DNA of 64,000 nt from Candidatus Nomurabacteria bacterium (GTDB lineage Bacteria > Patescibacteriota > Minisyncoccia > Phycocordibacterales > UBA9973): the NCBI GenBank assembly GCA_016699085.1, contig CP064958.1:475181-539180 (forward strand), given 5' to 3'. Below are positions 63,832 through 64,000 of the stretch, in pieces (within the stretch, counting starts at the first letter, position 1; every line of letters starts with the position of its first letter). A program made the position numbers and the translations under genes. Under the pieces are notes generated by a model. The model saw only the letters and a list, made by a program, of their open reading frames with translations, was not told the DNA's origin and ran no database searches.

Positions 63832-64000
63832 AATACTCAGTGCTACTCTTTTTGTCACTGGGACTACTTTCTTTCTCTATACTTAACTTGCAGATGTCAC
63901 ATTATTTTGGGACAGGCAATTTGTCTTGAGTATTGCACTCGTCATTTGTTTGATAGTCGTCTCTGCAGGATATTTTCACCAAGGTTTGATTGTCCGAGCA

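Noticed and set aside
1-64000. CRISPR array or other tandem direct-repeat array
   Set aside because: No regularly spaced direct repeats were seen. The only tandem repeats are short (TA)n and heptamer runs in intergenic AT-rich DNA.

Overview
This 64-kb window is a gene-dense, mostly low-GC stretch of a bacterial chromosome that contains no transposase, integrase, CRISPR array or phage genes. It reads in the standard genetic code: RF2 is present and the ORFs are intact. Several features fit a small-genome, Patescibacteria/CPR-like lineage: truncated housekeeping proteins, many small hypothetical proteins, an expanded RNase P RNA, and a 16S rRNA with insertions that is not followed by a 23S gene. 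This placement is an inference, not a demonstrated fact.

Gene content:
- Housekeeping: alr (C-terminal part), prfB, ftsEX, pyrG, rnj, secG, groES-groEL, nrdJ (class II RNR with ATP-cone), secA, uppP, htrA, a MutY-like glycosylase, a 16S rRNA pseudouridine synthase, and a bL32 gene missed by the ORF track.
- Glycogen cluster: cupin-type PGI, glgA, a GH57 enzyme, and glgP.
- Nucleoside and stress genes: an NDT-like enzyme, an NT5C-like enzyme, Nudix, MazG-like, DUF1801 x2, SRPBCC, VOC and DoxX x2.
- Transporters: MFS, an ABC-2 exporter pair, ZIP, and an ABC substrate-binding protein.
- RNA genes: 16S rRNA, RNase P RNA, and tRNA-Gln(CUG).

Main observations:
1. Immediately 3' of tRNA-Gln lies a partial second copy of the tRNA, running from the anticodon stem to the 3' end. 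It carries a 36-nt perfect hairpin inserted in the T-arm and a compensatory T-stem base-pair change. This could be an att-site scar or a structured tRNA-derived element.
2. The 16S rRNA carries a roughly 120-nt insertion in the helix-40 loop and lacks a canonical CCUCC anti-SD tail. Genes show no SD motifs, and prfB has no programmed frameshift.
3. A 750-nt non-coding region upstream of secA holds two consensus-promoter-plus-terminator small-RNA candidates, a perfect DnaA box in an AT-rich tract, and a Lys/Ala-rich micro-ORF.
4. An ATP-grasp-like ligase sits next to a class-II glutamine amidotransferase (Ntn hydrolase).
5. An archaeal-type cupin PGI is embedded in the glycogen cluster.
6. A MutY homologue lacks the Fe-S cysteines.
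7. A secreted FN3-sulfatase carries a T9SS-type C-terminal sorting domain.
8. A SET-domain protein sits next to transglutaminase-like proteins.
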